Positions 46,644 through 56,616 are shown, numbered from the stretch's first letter. The stretch is 64,000 bases of DNA from an uncultured Candidatus Saccharibacteria bacterium (GCA_964402965.1 CAYODY010000001.1:5724-69723); one strand, 5' to 3'. Made by a program: numbers and translations. The notes: a model not told the origin generated them from the sequence alone.

Positions 46644-47384
46644 ATGGAAGAGCAATACATTCTACATTATCAACCGATGGTTACTTTGTCTGACTATAGA
46701 ATAGTTGGGGCAGAGGCGTTGGTGCGTCGTGTTGAAGGTAAAAAAATAATTTCACCTAGCGACTTTATTCCAGATGCTGAGCGCACTGGGAAAATTATTT
46801 CCATTGGACAATGGGTGTTAGCAGATGTGTGTCGTCAAATTAACGAGTGGCAGGGGAGCGGAGTCGAGCCTGTTCCTATAGCGATAAACATTTCTGCACG
46901 TGAACTTTTCCATACCAATTTTACTGAAAATGTTTTGGAAGTTGTGAAGGCTGCAAAAGTAGATCCAAAACTAATTAAATTTGAGTTAACAGAAACTTTC
47001 CCAGTAGAAGAACTGGAGCGTGCCGATAAAATTCTTAAGCAACTAAAAAAACAAGGTTTTACCTTGCTTATAGATGATTTTGGTACCGGGTACGCGTCTT
47101 TAAAATATTTAACTTATTTACCGTTTGATGGTGTAAAGATAGACCAGACTTTTGTTGCAACACTCCCAGATAGTTTGCCAGATGCCGCTATTATTTCTGC
47201 AGTTTGCGGATTAGCGAGACAATTAAAGTTAAGAGTCATTGCTGAAGGTGTCGATAAAAAGTCACAGTTAAATTTCTTGCGCGCTGTTGGCTGTAATTCG
47301 GCACAAGGTAACTATTTTTGCAAAGCTGTTTCAGCAGAAGCTCTTACTAAATTATTGCAAGGGAAGCGCAAATTGCCTGCTTAG
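46644..47384 (+). CDS. Stand-alone EAL-domain c-di-GMP phosphodiesterase
   Basis: YQP, EALVR, INIS, ELTE, DDFGTGYAS, KID, AEGV and QG motifs. Confidence 0.92.
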   Translation: MEEQYILHYQPMVTLSDYRIVGAEALVRRVEGKKIISPSDFIPDAERTGKIISIGQWVLADVCRQINEWQGSGVEPVPIAINISARELFHTNFTENVLEVVKAAKVDPKLIKFELTETFPVEELERADKILKQLKKQGFTLLIDDFGTGYASLKYLTYLPFDGVKIDQTFVATLPDSLPDAAIISAVCGLARQLKLRVIAEGVDKKSQLNFLRAVGCNSAQGNYFCKAVSAEALTKLLQGKRKLPA

Positions 47385-47428
47385 TCAGAACTCTATTAAC
47401 TTCAATTAGCTAGCTACGATAACAACAA

Positions 47429-48355
47429 TTAACTTAGCTTAAAGTCTTTATATCCTCGCAAAAAGTCGTCCATTTTGGTCGGCTTTTTTCCTTCTAATTG
47501 AACAGACATTAGTTCAAGGTAAGTGTCTTTTGCACATGGGATTATTGCTCGGTTTGCTGGGTCACGCGGTTCGTCTTGTGCAACTACACGGCATTCCAAA
47601 ATTTTTAACTGTTTTTCAGGCTCGCTTTCAACTGGTGAACATTTTGTATAGATCCCAGGCCACAACGCAAATGCACGCCACATGTTGTATATCTCTTGTG
47701 CTGTTTTCGCAGTAAAGTCTACAAAACCATCTTCTTTTTTAATTAACTTGGTGGAAGTAGCTTCGTCATGAATTTGTGTTCGTGGTTCAATGCCGTTGTC
47801 TGCGTACACGGGAAGTAGATCAATTAAGATATGCGCAGAAAGATATGAAAGTTTTTCTGCTAGAGTTAGAAATGTATCTGTTGGTTCAATGTCTATTGCA
47901 CCTTGAGCAATTATGTCACCATGGTCAACAAGCTCGTCAAGAATGAAAATAGTTGTGCCGGTTGTAGTTTCTCCGTTGAGTAAGGCATATTGAATTGGTG
48001 CAGCTCCTCTGTATTTTGGTAGTAACGAAAAATGCACGTTAATTGTTTTTAACGGTGGAATATCTATGAGTTCTAGTGGAAGTATTTTGCCATAAGAGAC
48101 GACAATAAAAATATCTGCGTTGAGTTCTTTTAGATGCTGAATAAACTCCGCATTGTTCTTTACTTTTTCGGGTTTAGATATTTTTAACTTGAGCTCATTT
48201 GCACGGTCGGAGATTGCAGATGGCGTAAGAATTTGTTTACGTCCAACGAGCGCGTCCGGACTGGTGACAACTTCTAAAATTTCGTGCCCCGCTTCGTGTA
48301 ACGCAGTTAGGATTGGTGCTCCAACAATAGATGTTCCAAAGAAAACTATTTTCAT
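47429..48355 (-). CDS. fmt: Methionyl-tRNA formyltransferase
   Basis: FFGT, VVSYGKI, INVHFSLLPKYRGAAPIQ and QLEGKK motifs. Confidence 0.96.
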   Translation of the reverse strand: MKIVFFGTSIVGAPILTALHEAGHEILEVVTSPDALVGRKQILTPSAISDRANELKLKISKPEKVKNNAEFIQHLKELNADIFIVVSYGKILPLELIDIPPLKTINVHFSLLPKYRGAAPIQYALLNGETTTGTTIFILDELVDHGDIIAQGAIDIEPTDTFLTLAEKLSYLSAHILIDLLPVYADNGIEPRTQIHDEATSTKLIKKEDGFVDFTAKTAQEIYNMWRAFALWPGIYTKCSPVESEPEKQLKILECRVVAQDEPRDPANRAIIPCAKDTYLELMSVQLEGKKPTKMDDFLRGYKDFKLS

Positions 48356-48382
48356 ACTTTTAAAATATATTATGCTAATTCA

Positions 48383-48949
48383 TTAAACCTTCAACTTTTT
48401 AACAAGCGCGCGGAAAATCTCCGCTTCGTATTGGCAGTCTACAATTGCATTGTGTCTGTTTTCAATTTTCTTAACACCCAATGCTGTACCAACATCTTCC
48501 AAAGTAAATCCAGCAAACTTTTTAGGATTAGTTAATTTCTTGTGTTTCGCCATGTAGAAGTAACAAAGAGGCCATAAATTAAATGTGTATTGCAAAGTAA
48601 ATGGGTATTTCATTTTTACAGAACGATATGCGGCAGGGAAAAAGACAATATCTAAATTTCCGCCGTACATTGCAGGGGTTACATCTGAACCAAAAGTTTT
48701 ATTAAACTTTTTTAGTGCTGTTGCCATGCTTGGAGCATTTTTTAAATCTTCTGCTGAAATCTTATTTACAGCCATGGCTTCGGGGTCGCGTTTTGCCCAT
48801 CGTTGAGGTTTAACAAAAGTAGAAAAAGACTTTTTCTCTTTCAAAGTTTTACGGTCAAGCAAAATTGCCGCAATTTGAATAATCTCGTGCTTGGTTACAT
48901 CTAGTCCTGTCATTTCTAGATCGAACAGTAAAATATCTTTTTTGAACAT
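48383..48949 (-). CDS. DEDDh 3'-5' exonuclease (DnaQ-like)
   Basis: ExoI FDLEMTG, ExoII N.D and ExoIII HNAIVD motifs. Confidence 0.88.
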   Translation of the reverse strand: MFKKDILLFDLEMTGLDVTKHEIIQIAAILLDRKTLKEKKSFSTFVKPQRWAKRDPEAMAVNKISAEDLKNAPSMATALKKFNKTFGSDVTPAMYGGNLDIVFFPAAYRSVKMKYPFTLQYTFNLWPLCYFYMAKHKKLTNPKKFAGFTLEDVGTALGVKKIENRHNAIVDCQYEAEIFRALVKKLKV

Positions 48950-49024
48950 AATTTAGGCTTATTTAAGGGTAAATTTCATTTTTAAACTTAGTTAGCTATT
49001 ATTCGCTGCAGTATCCAGCTACAA

Positions 49025-49558
49025 TTAGCCAGCTACAATGCGTTTAAATACTTCCGCGGCTAGCCGTGCTTTTTCTAACGCATTGCTTCTATTTTTAATT
49101 TTCAAATTAAAATGTTGAAACAGTGTTTCTAGAGTAGGCATTTTTTTAATGCCATAGTGCAAGGTGTAAACATATCCCAATGACCATAGATCTAGAATAT
49201 GCGCATCGTACTCGTAAGGGATGAAAGTTTTTTTAAAAGCTTGTCTTAAAAATTGCACATTCTGAACTGTGTGAGTTGCTAGCAGGGGAGTGTATCCAAA
49301 TTTAGTTGTGAAATTTTTTATTACTTCGTGCAGTTTTGGACTTGTTCTTAGGACATCAAATGGCACGTTCAAAAGTTGAGCGTGTTGTTCTAATGTTTGA
49401 TCAATAAAACTAACTTTAACATAAGAGTTAAAAAAATCTTTTTCTAAAAGATTATCTTTGTCGAGTAATATTGCAGAAAGTTGAACTATTACGTCGCGAT
49501 CTAAATTGGACCCAGTTGTTTCTACTTGGAAAAATAGTATGTCTTTTATGAATTTCAT
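49025..49558 (-). CDS. Degenerate DEDDh exonuclease paralog
   Basis: Aligns by eye to the neighbour, but reads FQVETTG and SNALEK at the catalytic motifs. Confidence 0.75.
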   Translation of the reverse strand: MKFIKDILFFQVETTGSNLDRDVIVQLSAILLDKDNLLEKDFFNSYVKVSFIDQTLEQHAQLLNVPFDVLRTSPKLHEVIKNFTTKFGYTPLLATHTVQNVQFLRQAFKKTFIPYEYDAHILDLWSLGYVYTLHYGIKKMPTLETLFQHFNLKIKNRSNALEKARLAAEVFKRIVAG

Positions 49559-50052
49559 TTTTTTTCTGCGTATTTTGGTAATAGTTCTTCACCTGTAGTT
49601 ATCTTTTCGAACTTATCTATTATTAAGATGTTATTTAAATGATCTATTTCGTGCTGTAACACTCGCGCAAGGAAGGTATCGTCAGTAATGGTAAACTTTT
49701 CTCCATTAGTATTGTAAGCTTCTACGGTAATTTTCTTTGGGCGTTTTACTGTTCCAAAAACACCTGGGAGTGACAAGCATCCTTCTTCCATTTCAGTCAT
49801 TACTTTTGAACTCTTTGTAATTTTAGGATTGATGATGGGAAAAGCAGGGAGTCCAGCATCTTCTAAATAAATTAGAGCCATATCCAAACTTTTGCTAACT
49901 TGAGTACACGCAAGACCAACACCATTCGCAGAAATTACGGTGTCGTGCATGTTTTTTATTAATCGTAAGATGTCTTTCTTGAGGGGGAACTTTAACTCCT
50001 CAACTGGTTTGCGCAGCACTTGCGCTGGTAGTTTTGCAATTGGTAATATCAT
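49555..50052 (-). CDS. def: Peptide deformylase
   Basis: GVGLACTQ, EGCLS and QHEIDHL motifs. Confidence 0.96.
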   Translation of the reverse strand: MILPIAKLPAQVLRKPVEELKFPLKKDILRLIKNMHDTVISANGVGLACTQVSKSLDMALIYLEDAGLPAFPIINPKITKSSKVMTEMEEGCLSLPGVFGTVKRPKKITVEAYNTNGEKFTITDDTFLARVLQHEIDHLNNILIIDKFEKITTGEELLPKYAEKK

Positions 50053-50321
50053 TTCTTGTTTTCAGCGTTATATTTCTTGATTAAATAGGCAAATAGTTTG
50101 CCGGGGGTTTTTACTTTCGGATTTTCCATTATCTCCCCAGCAATTTTGCGTAATGTGTCTTCGGGGTAGGTAACTGCCATTTTAAGATAGAATCCAAAAT
50201 GGGCACGATCATTAAATAGATTTGCCAAATCATCAGCTAAGACATGTGCTTTGCTATGTAATTTTGGGTCACGTTTGCGGACCAATTTGTGCTTTGGAAC
50301 CAAATCTTTTAGAGAATCCAT
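50049..50321 (-). CDS. Small basic helical hypothetical protein
   Basis: ATGA overlap with def; TATAAT 6 nt upstream of the ATG. Confidence 0.75.
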   Translation of the reverse strand: MDSLKDLVPKHKLVRKRDPKLHSKAHVLADDLANLFNDRAHFGFYLKMAVTYPEDTLRKIAGEIMENPKVKTPGKLFAYLIKKYNAENKK

Positions 50322-50377
50322 ATATACATTATACCTTACTCGCTAAAATTGCGCGAAAACTGTATAATATTAAGGAT

Positions 50378-51232
50378 ATGACTACTAAATCAATCTTATT
50401 AGCAATCATAGTTTTAGGTATATTTATTGGAATTATGGAAAAAGTTCCACAGCGTTCTTGGGATTGGTTTTCTAACACTTCTATTGGTAACCAAGTTTTA
50501 AATTACAAATCAGGGAATCAGGTTTTACCAGACCCACTACGCGGACTTATTGACCCAAATATTAAGAGTCAATTAACCATGGAAGGCGTGGTGAAATATA
50601 CAAATTTACAACGTGGTACAAATGGACAGTCTACACTAAAGATAAATGCAAAATTAAATGCTGCTGCAATGGCAAAAATTGATGATCTTTTTGCTCAGCA
50701 ATATTTTGAACACAAATCTCCAAATGGTAATACTCCTGCAGATATAATTAAGGCACAGGGCTACGAGTATATTGTAGTTGGAGAAAATTTGGCGTTAGGA
50801 AATTTTAAAGACGACGAAACTTTAGTACAAGCATGGATGGATAGTCCAGGGCATCGTGCGAATATTTTAAATCACAAGTATCAAGAAATTGGTGTAGCAG
50901 TAAAAAAAGGAATGTTTGAAGGTAACGAAGTTTGGTTGGCTGTGCAAGAGTTTGGTGCTCCACTTTCTGCATGCCCTCCAGCAAATCAAAGTATAAAAAC
51001 TCAACTAGATGCAAACAAGTCTTTACTGGCAGAGTACGAAACTACTTTAAACAGACAAAAATCTGATTTAGATAGCAATAGTTTTGCAAGTCCTGCTGAG
51101 TACAACAGAGCGGTCACACAATACAATATTTTAGTAAAAAAGACTCGTGAATTAAGCGAGAGAACCAAAGAGTTGGTGGATCAATATAACGATTCTGTAA
51201 ATAATTTTAATAGTTGTCTAGAAAGTAATTAG
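50378..51232 (+). CDS. CAP/SCP domain membrane-anchored protein with C-terminal coiled coil
   Basis: YFEH, GENLA, WMDSPGHRANIL, EIGV and VQEFG motifs; start revised to 50378. Confidence 0.9.
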   Translation: MTTKSILLAIIVLGIFIGIMEKVPQRSWDWFSNTSIGNQVLNYKSGNQVLPDPLRGLIDPNIKSQLTMEGVVKYTNLQRGTNGQSTLKINAKLNAAAMAKIDDLFAQQYFEHKSPNGNTPADIIKAQGYEYIVVGENLALGNFKDDETLVQAWMDSPGHRANILNHKYQEIGVAVKKGMFEGNEVWLAVQEFGAPLSACPPANQSIKTQLDANKSLLAEYETTLNRQKSDLDSNSFASPAEYNRAVTQYNILVKKTRELSERTKELVDQYNDSVNNFNSCLESN

Positions 51233-51245
51233 AAATTCACAAAGA

Positions 51246-52565
51246 ATGATAGATATTGCAGGTTTAAAAATTAGTAATATAACAAAGCGCGAGTTACTAG
51301 AACAAGTCCGTGAACGTGTCGCTAAGAAGCAAAAAACTTTTGTAACAACACCGTACTCAGAGTTTTTGTACGCGAGCATGCGTAACCCAGAAGTCCGGGA
51401 AATGTTAAATAAGTCAGATTTCGCAATACCAGATGGGATTGGGATTCTTTGGGCTCATCTATTTTTGTCTCGTCCTTTTAGTTTTAAGAATTTCTACCTA
51501 AAAATTATCCAGTCGTGGTTTCAGGTGGTGTGGACAGGGGCATCTATTATTTTCAAACCGAGTTTGCTGTATAGAGAGATTCCAGAAAAAATTGTTGGAG
51601 CAGATTTAATTTGGGATTTGTGTGCAATGGCAGAACGCGAGAATTTTTCTGTGTTTTTATTAGGTGGCTTTGGTCATACTACGGAAATTGCAAAACAGAA
51701 ACTTTTACAAAAATTTCCTAAACTGCAAATTGCAGGGACTTCAAATAAGAATCCTAAAGATGTTGAAGTTTTGGATCAAATCAATTCTGTTAAACCAGAT
51801 TTGCTTTTTGTAGCTTTCGGGCCAATAAAACAAGAGAAGTGGATTGCGGAAAACTTACAAAATATTTCAGCGAGTTTTGCAATTGGTTTAGGAGGAACTT
51901 TTGACTACATAGCAGGAACTAAAAAAGCACCACCAAAATTTATCCGTCGTATTGGATTGGAATGGTTGTATCGGTTAGTTACTCAACCAAGTAGGTTAGC
52001 AAGAATTTACAAAGCGGTTGTTGGTTTAATAATTTCGCTCATGCGACACAAAGTTTTTTCTTCAATGCCTTTTCGAAAAAATGTAATAGCGGTTGTTCTA
52101 AATGATGAGGGTAAAATTTTTATTGCCCAACGGAATCCCAGAGATCCGTACTTAGTAAAAACAGCAGGTGGAATTATGCTTGAGAAGTATGCAAATTATT
52201 GGCAGTTCGCTCGTGGTGAAGCTGAAAAAAATGAAACCTTAGAGGAAACAGGTAGACGTGAGTTGATGGAAGAAACTGGAATTACATCTGTTGAGCTAAA
52301 AAAAATTTCTAAACAAACTAGCTCGTATCTTTGGAACAATTCATTAAGACCTTTATTTGGGAATATATACAAAAAAAAGGGACAAAATCAAAACATTGTC
52401 TATTTTAATTTTGTTGGAGAAGATTCAGAAATCAAGTTAGACCAAAGGGAGTTAGTCAATTATAAATGGGTAAAAATGAGTGATTTAGATTCAACTTTGC
52501 ACCCGGAACAAGCAGACGTAATTCGTATAATAAAAGAAGATCTGGGTGTTGAAAATCAGGCTTAA
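51246..52565 (+). CDS. WecB/TagA/CpsF glycosyltransferase fused to a NUDIX hydrolase
   Basis: PDGIG, GADL, FG..KQEKW, GLGGTFD and GLEWLYRL..QP.R motifs; C-terminal Gx5Ex7RELxEExGI Nudix box. Confidence 0.9.
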   Translation: MIDIAGLKISNITKRELLEQVRERVAKKQKTFVTTPYSEFLYASMRNPEVREMLNKSDFAIPDGIGILWAHLFLSRPFSFKNFYLKIIQSWFQVVWTGASIIFKPSLLYREIPEKIVGADLIWDLCAMAERENFSVFLLGGFGHTTEIAKQKLLQKFPKLQIAGTSNKNPKDVEVLDQINSVKPDLLFVAFGPIKQEKWIAENLQNISASFAIGLGGTFDYIAGTKKAPPKFIRRIGLEWLYRLVTQPSRLARIYKAVVGLIISLMRHKVFSSMPFRKNVIAVVLNDEGKIFIAQRNPRDPYLVKTAGGIMLEKYANYWQFARGEAEKNETLEETGRRELMEETGITSVELKKISKQTSSYLWNNSLRPLFGNIYKKKGQNQNIVYFNFVGEDSEIKLDQRELVNYKWVKMSDLDSTLHPEQADVIRIIKEDLGVENQA

Positions 52566-52598
52566 ACTTGCTATAATTAAGCTCTAAATTAGAAATAG

Positions 52599-54128
52599 AT
52601 GAATATTACAAATCCAAAAATCCGCACAAGATTTGCCCCAAGCCCAACTGGTTATGTTCACGTTGGTAGCTTGCGCACATCACTTTTTAATTATTTGTTC
52701 GCAAAGAATTTAGGCGGAGTAACTGTTCTTCGTATTGAAGATACAGACCAGACTCGTTTAGTAGAAGGTGCGGCTGAAAATTTAGTTTCAGTTTTGGGAA
52801 AACTCGGAATAACTTTTGATGAAGGCCCAACTTTAAATGAAGCAGGGGAGTTAGTTGAAGTTGGGGAGTTTGGACCATATACACAATCTAAACGTTTAGA
52901 TATCTATAAAAAATACACAGAAGAACTACTAGAAAAAAAAGCAGGCTACTATTGTTTCTGTTCATCTGAACGACTGGATGAACTTCGTAAAGAACAAACT
53001 GCTTTAAAGAAGCCTCCAATGTACGACAGGCATTGTCGTAATCTTTCAGAAGATGAAATTTCTGCAAAGCAAGTAGAGTTTAAGGAAGCTGGTAAAAATC
53101 CAGTAATACGCCAAGCGAATCCGTTAGAAGGTGAAACCATTGTGAACGATTTAGTATATGGCGAAATAAAATACGACAATGCATTGTTAGATGACCAAGT
53201 ACTAATTAAGTCAGATGGGTTTCCTACTTACCACTTTGCAGTTGTAATTGACGATCATCTTATGCAAATTTCTCACGTAATTCGTGCAGAAGAATGGATT
53301 CCTTCTACTCCAAAACATGTTTTGCTTTACAAGGCATTTGGCTGGGAAGCACCGCAGTTCGCACATATGCCGTTAATTTTAAATCCAGATAAGAGTAAAT
53401 TGTCTAAACGCCAAGGAGATGTAGCTGTAGAAGATTTCTTGAACAAAGGTTACTTACCGCAAGCGTTGGTGAACTTTGTCGCATTTTTAGGATGGAACCC
53501 AAAAACAGAACAAGAACTTTTTTCAATGGAAGAGCTTGTAGCTCAATTTGATTTGGCAAAAGTAAACAAGTCCAGCGCAGTATTTGATGTGAATAAATTA
53601 GACTGGATGAATAGTGAATACATTCGTGCTATGTCCAACTCAGAACTTGTTAATGCTTGTAAACCGTATTGGAAAACTTCTTGGGATGTGTTAATGATAG
53701 AAGGCGAAAAATTCCCTGAAAACTATTTAGAAGCAATTTGTGCTTTAGAAAAAGATAGACTTAAAAAACTTTCAGAAATCGCAGAAAGAACTAACTACTT
53801 CTTCGCAACTCCAGATTACGATGGACAGATTTTAGTTTGGAAAAAATCTACACCTGAAATAACAAAGCAAAGTTTGGCATTGCTTCAAGATTTAGTTCGA
53901 ATTACCGATTTAGAAACTTTACAGTCTATAGAAAAGTTTGAAAAAACTGTGAAAGACTTTATTGCAGAACATGAGTTAGATAACGGTTCAGTATTGTGGC
54001 CACTGAGAGTTGCTATGACAGGACTTGAAAAGAGTCCAAACCCATTTGAAGTTTGCGCTACAATTGCTTTGGGCTGGGGAAAAGATGAAGTTCTATTCCG
54101 TCTAGAAAAAGCAATTAGTCTTTTGTAA
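52599..54128 (+). CDS. gltX: Glutamate--tRNA ligase
   Basis: RFAPSPTG..HVGS, LRIEDTD, SDGFPTYH and KLSKR motifs. Confidence 0.97.
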   Translation: MNITNPKIRTRFAPSPTGYVHVGSLRTSLFNYLFAKNLGGVTVLRIEDTDQTRLVEGAAENLVSVLGKLGITFDEGPTLNEAGELVEVGEFGPYTQSKRLDIYKKYTEELLEKKAGYYCFCSSERLDELRKEQTALKKPPMYDRHCRNLSEDEISAKQVEFKEAGKNPVIRQANPLEGETIVNDLVYGEIKYDNALLDDQVLIKSDGFPTYHFAVVIDDHLMQISHVIRAEEWIPSTPKHVLLYKAFGWEAPQFAHMPLILNPDKSKLSKRQGDVAVEDFLNKGYLPQALVNFVAFLGWNPKTEQELFSMEELVAQFDLAKVNKSSAVFDVNKLDWMNSEYIRAMSNSELVNACKPYWKTSWDVLMIEGEKFPENYLEAICALEKDRLKKLSEIAERTNYFFATPDYDGQILVWKKSTPEITKQSLALLQDLVRITDLETLQSIEKFEKTVKDFIAEHELDNGSVLWPLRVAMTGLEKSPNPFEVCATIALGWGKDEVLFRLEKAISLL

Positions 54129-54194
54129 ATCTGTTACATAAAGTTTTCGTAAAACTTTGGCAAAACCACATCAAATGTGATATAATTATCTCAA

Positions 54195-55499
54195 ATGATT
54201 GGTAAAAACTCTGAAACCAAAACTGTTTTTAAGCTTCTCGTATCTGCCGGAATAATTGGCTTATTTGGGCTATTTTTGGTTGTTGGAAAATTCGTTGTGT
54301 TCAATGATGCTCAAGCTGTGGTAATAAACCCAAGCATAGACTTAAACGATAGACTTCAGAAAATTCAAGCACAAATCAACGCTTACCAGCAATCCATTAG
54401 TCAAACCAAAAAGCAAGGAGCTAGTCTAGCAAACGAAATTAGCATGTACGATAACCAAATTGCATCTTTGGAGTTACAAATGCAGGCTAATTCTACTCAA
54501 ACAGAAGACACAACATTGCAAATTAAAGAGTTGCAAACTCAAATAGACCGTCGTCGTGCAGAAATAGATCAAAATAAAGTTATTCTAGGTTCATTAATTC
54601 GCCAGCTTTCTGAGTTAGACGAAAACTCGTTCTTGCACATAGGTCTTGGTACAGATAATTTCTCATCATTCTTAGATCAAATTCAGTACAACCGAAGTGT
54701 GCAAGATCAGGTATATTCTTTAGTCGTCAAAATTAAAGAAATTAAGGCGAAATTAGAAGTTCAGCAAGATGATTTAAAGAAACAACTCGAAAAACTAAAG
54801 CAACTTGGTGAGCAGTTAAACATTGCAGAGAAAGCTTTAGCAGATGAGCGTTCTTCTAAGTCAGAATTATTAGCAAAGACAAAAGGAACAGAGAAGAACT
54901 ATCAGAAATTACTACAAACAAGTAAGGGTGAGGCAGATAAAATCCAACAAGAACTTTACGATCTTGACCAAGCGGCACGTGGACGTGCTGGAAACCCAAG
55001 CATCTCTGCTAAGAAAGGTGTGTTGGCTTGGCCAATGGATGGTGTGTTAACTCAAGGTTATGGAAATACTGGGTTCACTTCTCTAGGTTACAATTTCCAC
55101 AATGGAATAGATTTAGCCGCCCCTGCTGGGAAGCCAATCTATGCAGCAGCAGATGGTACTGTTGCAAACTGTAATTCATCTCAAGCTGCCTATGGAAACT
55201 GGTGTACTATCTATCACTCTGTTTCCACAAATGATGGAATTCGAGATATCGTTACGTTATATGCTCACATGAGCTCTATTAAAGTTTCCCCAGGATTGCA
55301 AGTAAAAATGGGTGATTTAATTGGGTACGAAGGTAATTCTGGAAACACAACTCGTTTGCTATATGGACCAGATAGGGGATACCATCTTCACTTTACTGTT
55401 TTTGACCGTAAAGGTTATGCCGTAACAAAAGGTAAATATGGTGACTACTATGTTCCAAGCGGAGTAACATATAATCCACTTAATTTCTTAGGTAAATAA
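54195..55499 (+). CDS. Coiled-coil M23 peptidase (PcsB/EnvC-like architecture, metal ligands present)
   Basis: N-terminal TM, long coiled coil, and HNGID, YGN, YAHM, HLH motifs. Confidence 0.92.
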   Translation: MIGKNSETKTVFKLLVSAGIIGLFGLFLVVGKFVVFNDAQAVVINPSIDLNDRLQKIQAQINAYQQSISQTKKQGASLANEISMYDNQIASLELQMQANSTQTEDTTLQIKELQTQIDRRRAEIDQNKVILGSLIRQLSELDENSFLHIGLGTDNFSSFLDQIQYNRSVQDQVYSLVVKIKEIKAKLEVQQDDLKKQLEKLKQLGEQLNIAEKALADERSSKSELLAKTKGTEKNYQKLLQTSKGEADKIQQELYDLDQAARGRAGNPSISAKKGVLAWPMDGVLTQGYGNTGFTSLGYNFHNGIDLAAPAGKPIYAAADGTVANCNSSQAAYGNWCTIYHSVSTNDGIRDIVTLYAHMSSIKVSPGLQVKMGDLIGYEGNSGNTTRLLYGPDRGYHLHFTVFDRKGYAVTKGKYGDYYVPSGVTYNPLNFLGK

Positions 55500-55508
55500 T
55501 TTTAGATA

Positions 55509-56615
55509 ATGTTCGACAAAATAAAAAACCTAAGGCGTGTAGGGAAAGCTTTAGCGCTTAGTTTTGTTATTTTCCAAATAGCATTTAGTCAAATTGGCTT
55601 TGCTAGTGCACAAACTGCTTCACAAATCCCTGGCGGTTTAAAACCAGATACTTCAGGAGCAATAAACGTTCCTCAATACGATAAAGGCGTTGATGCTAGT
55701 ATTGCGCAATATTTATGCGTTCCAGAAAGTGTAGATGAAGGCGCTGCGCTGTTTCAATGTATTAGCAAAGTATATAGATTTGGAATTGCGTTTGGAGCAA
55801 TTGCCTTGGTGTTCTTTATTGTTTTGGCAGGATATTTGTATATGGCAGGAGGGGAGGCGAGTAAAGAAAAAGGTAAGACTATTTTTACAACAGCACTGAC
55901 AGGTATGATAATTATGCTTTCCAGTTTTGTGTTGTTAAATTTTCTTAACCCTAGTTTAACTTTAATTCGACCAATTCAAGCCCCTATTTTTAGTGCAGTA
56001 GATTTACCAAGTTGCGAGTCTATTGGTTTTAGTGGAACTTGCGTACTTCCTAGTGGGCAAGTAAGCGTCGGTGCTGGTGGTGGCGTTCCTGGGTCTGCGA
56101 GTGAGGCGGCTGTCGCTCCTTTAATAGCAAAGTATGCAAAAGCGAATGGGCTAACCTATTGTCAGTTGTCGTCCTTGGTAAACAAAGAATCGTCTTTCAT
56201 TACTAATAATGTATCGAATGGACCTCCTAACAGGGTAGACATCAAAAGCACTGCTAAATATTATGGTTTACCATTTACTAATGGATCACCTCCTGGGCAT
56301 GGAATTGGGTTGGCTCAAGTATATATTTATGGACCTCCGCCAAGTAAATTTTGGACAAATCCAAATACTCCATCACGCGATGGAAAGGAATTTGGGTTTA
56401 ATAAACCACTCACTATTCCAGATTTGGTAGATCCAGATACAGCATTAAGTGCAGGTGCTTACTTCTTTGCATCAAAGGTGGGAAAGAATAAAGGGGATAT
56501 TGGAGCAGCATATGCAGCGTATTATGGTGATCCCAATCAAACAAAAGAATCTACTAAAAAAGTTGTAGCAAAAATGTTAAGTATGTACGCAGAATGCGAA
56601 AAGAAACAAAAATAA
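55509..56615 (+). CDS. VirB2/TrbC-like pilin module fused to a lytic transglycosylase (SLT)-like domain
   Basis: Two-TM module (AGYLYM.GG...K..I..A..G......S..LL.F.NP.L); C-terminal KESSF, GIGLAQV and AAY motifs. Confidence 0.75.
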   Translation: MFDKIKNLRRVGKALALSFVIFQIAFSQIGFASAQTASQIPGGLKPDTSGAINVPQYDKGVDASIAQYLCVPESVDEGAALFQCISKVYRFGIAFGAIALVFFIVLAGYLYMAGGEASKEKGKTIFTTALTGMIIMLSSFVLLNFLNPSLTLIRPIQAPIFSAVDLPSCESIGFSGTCVLPSGQVSVGAGGGVPGSASEAAVAPLIAKYAKANGLTYCQLSSLVNKESSFITNNVSNGPPNRVDIKSTAKYYGLPFTNGSPPGHGIGLAQVYIYGPPPSKFWTNPNTPSRDGKEFGFNKPLTIPDLVDPDTALSAGAYFFASKVGKNKGDIGAAYAAYYGDPNQTKESTKKVVAKMLSMYAECEKKQK

Positions 56616-56616
56616 T

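Noticed and set aside
3195-50377. Long N-terminal extensions in ORF-track calls (3195, 7006, 17389, 25278, 40175, 50222)
   Set aside because: They overlap neighbouring genes or promoters; downstream ATGs fit the homologous starts and the -10/SD signals better.
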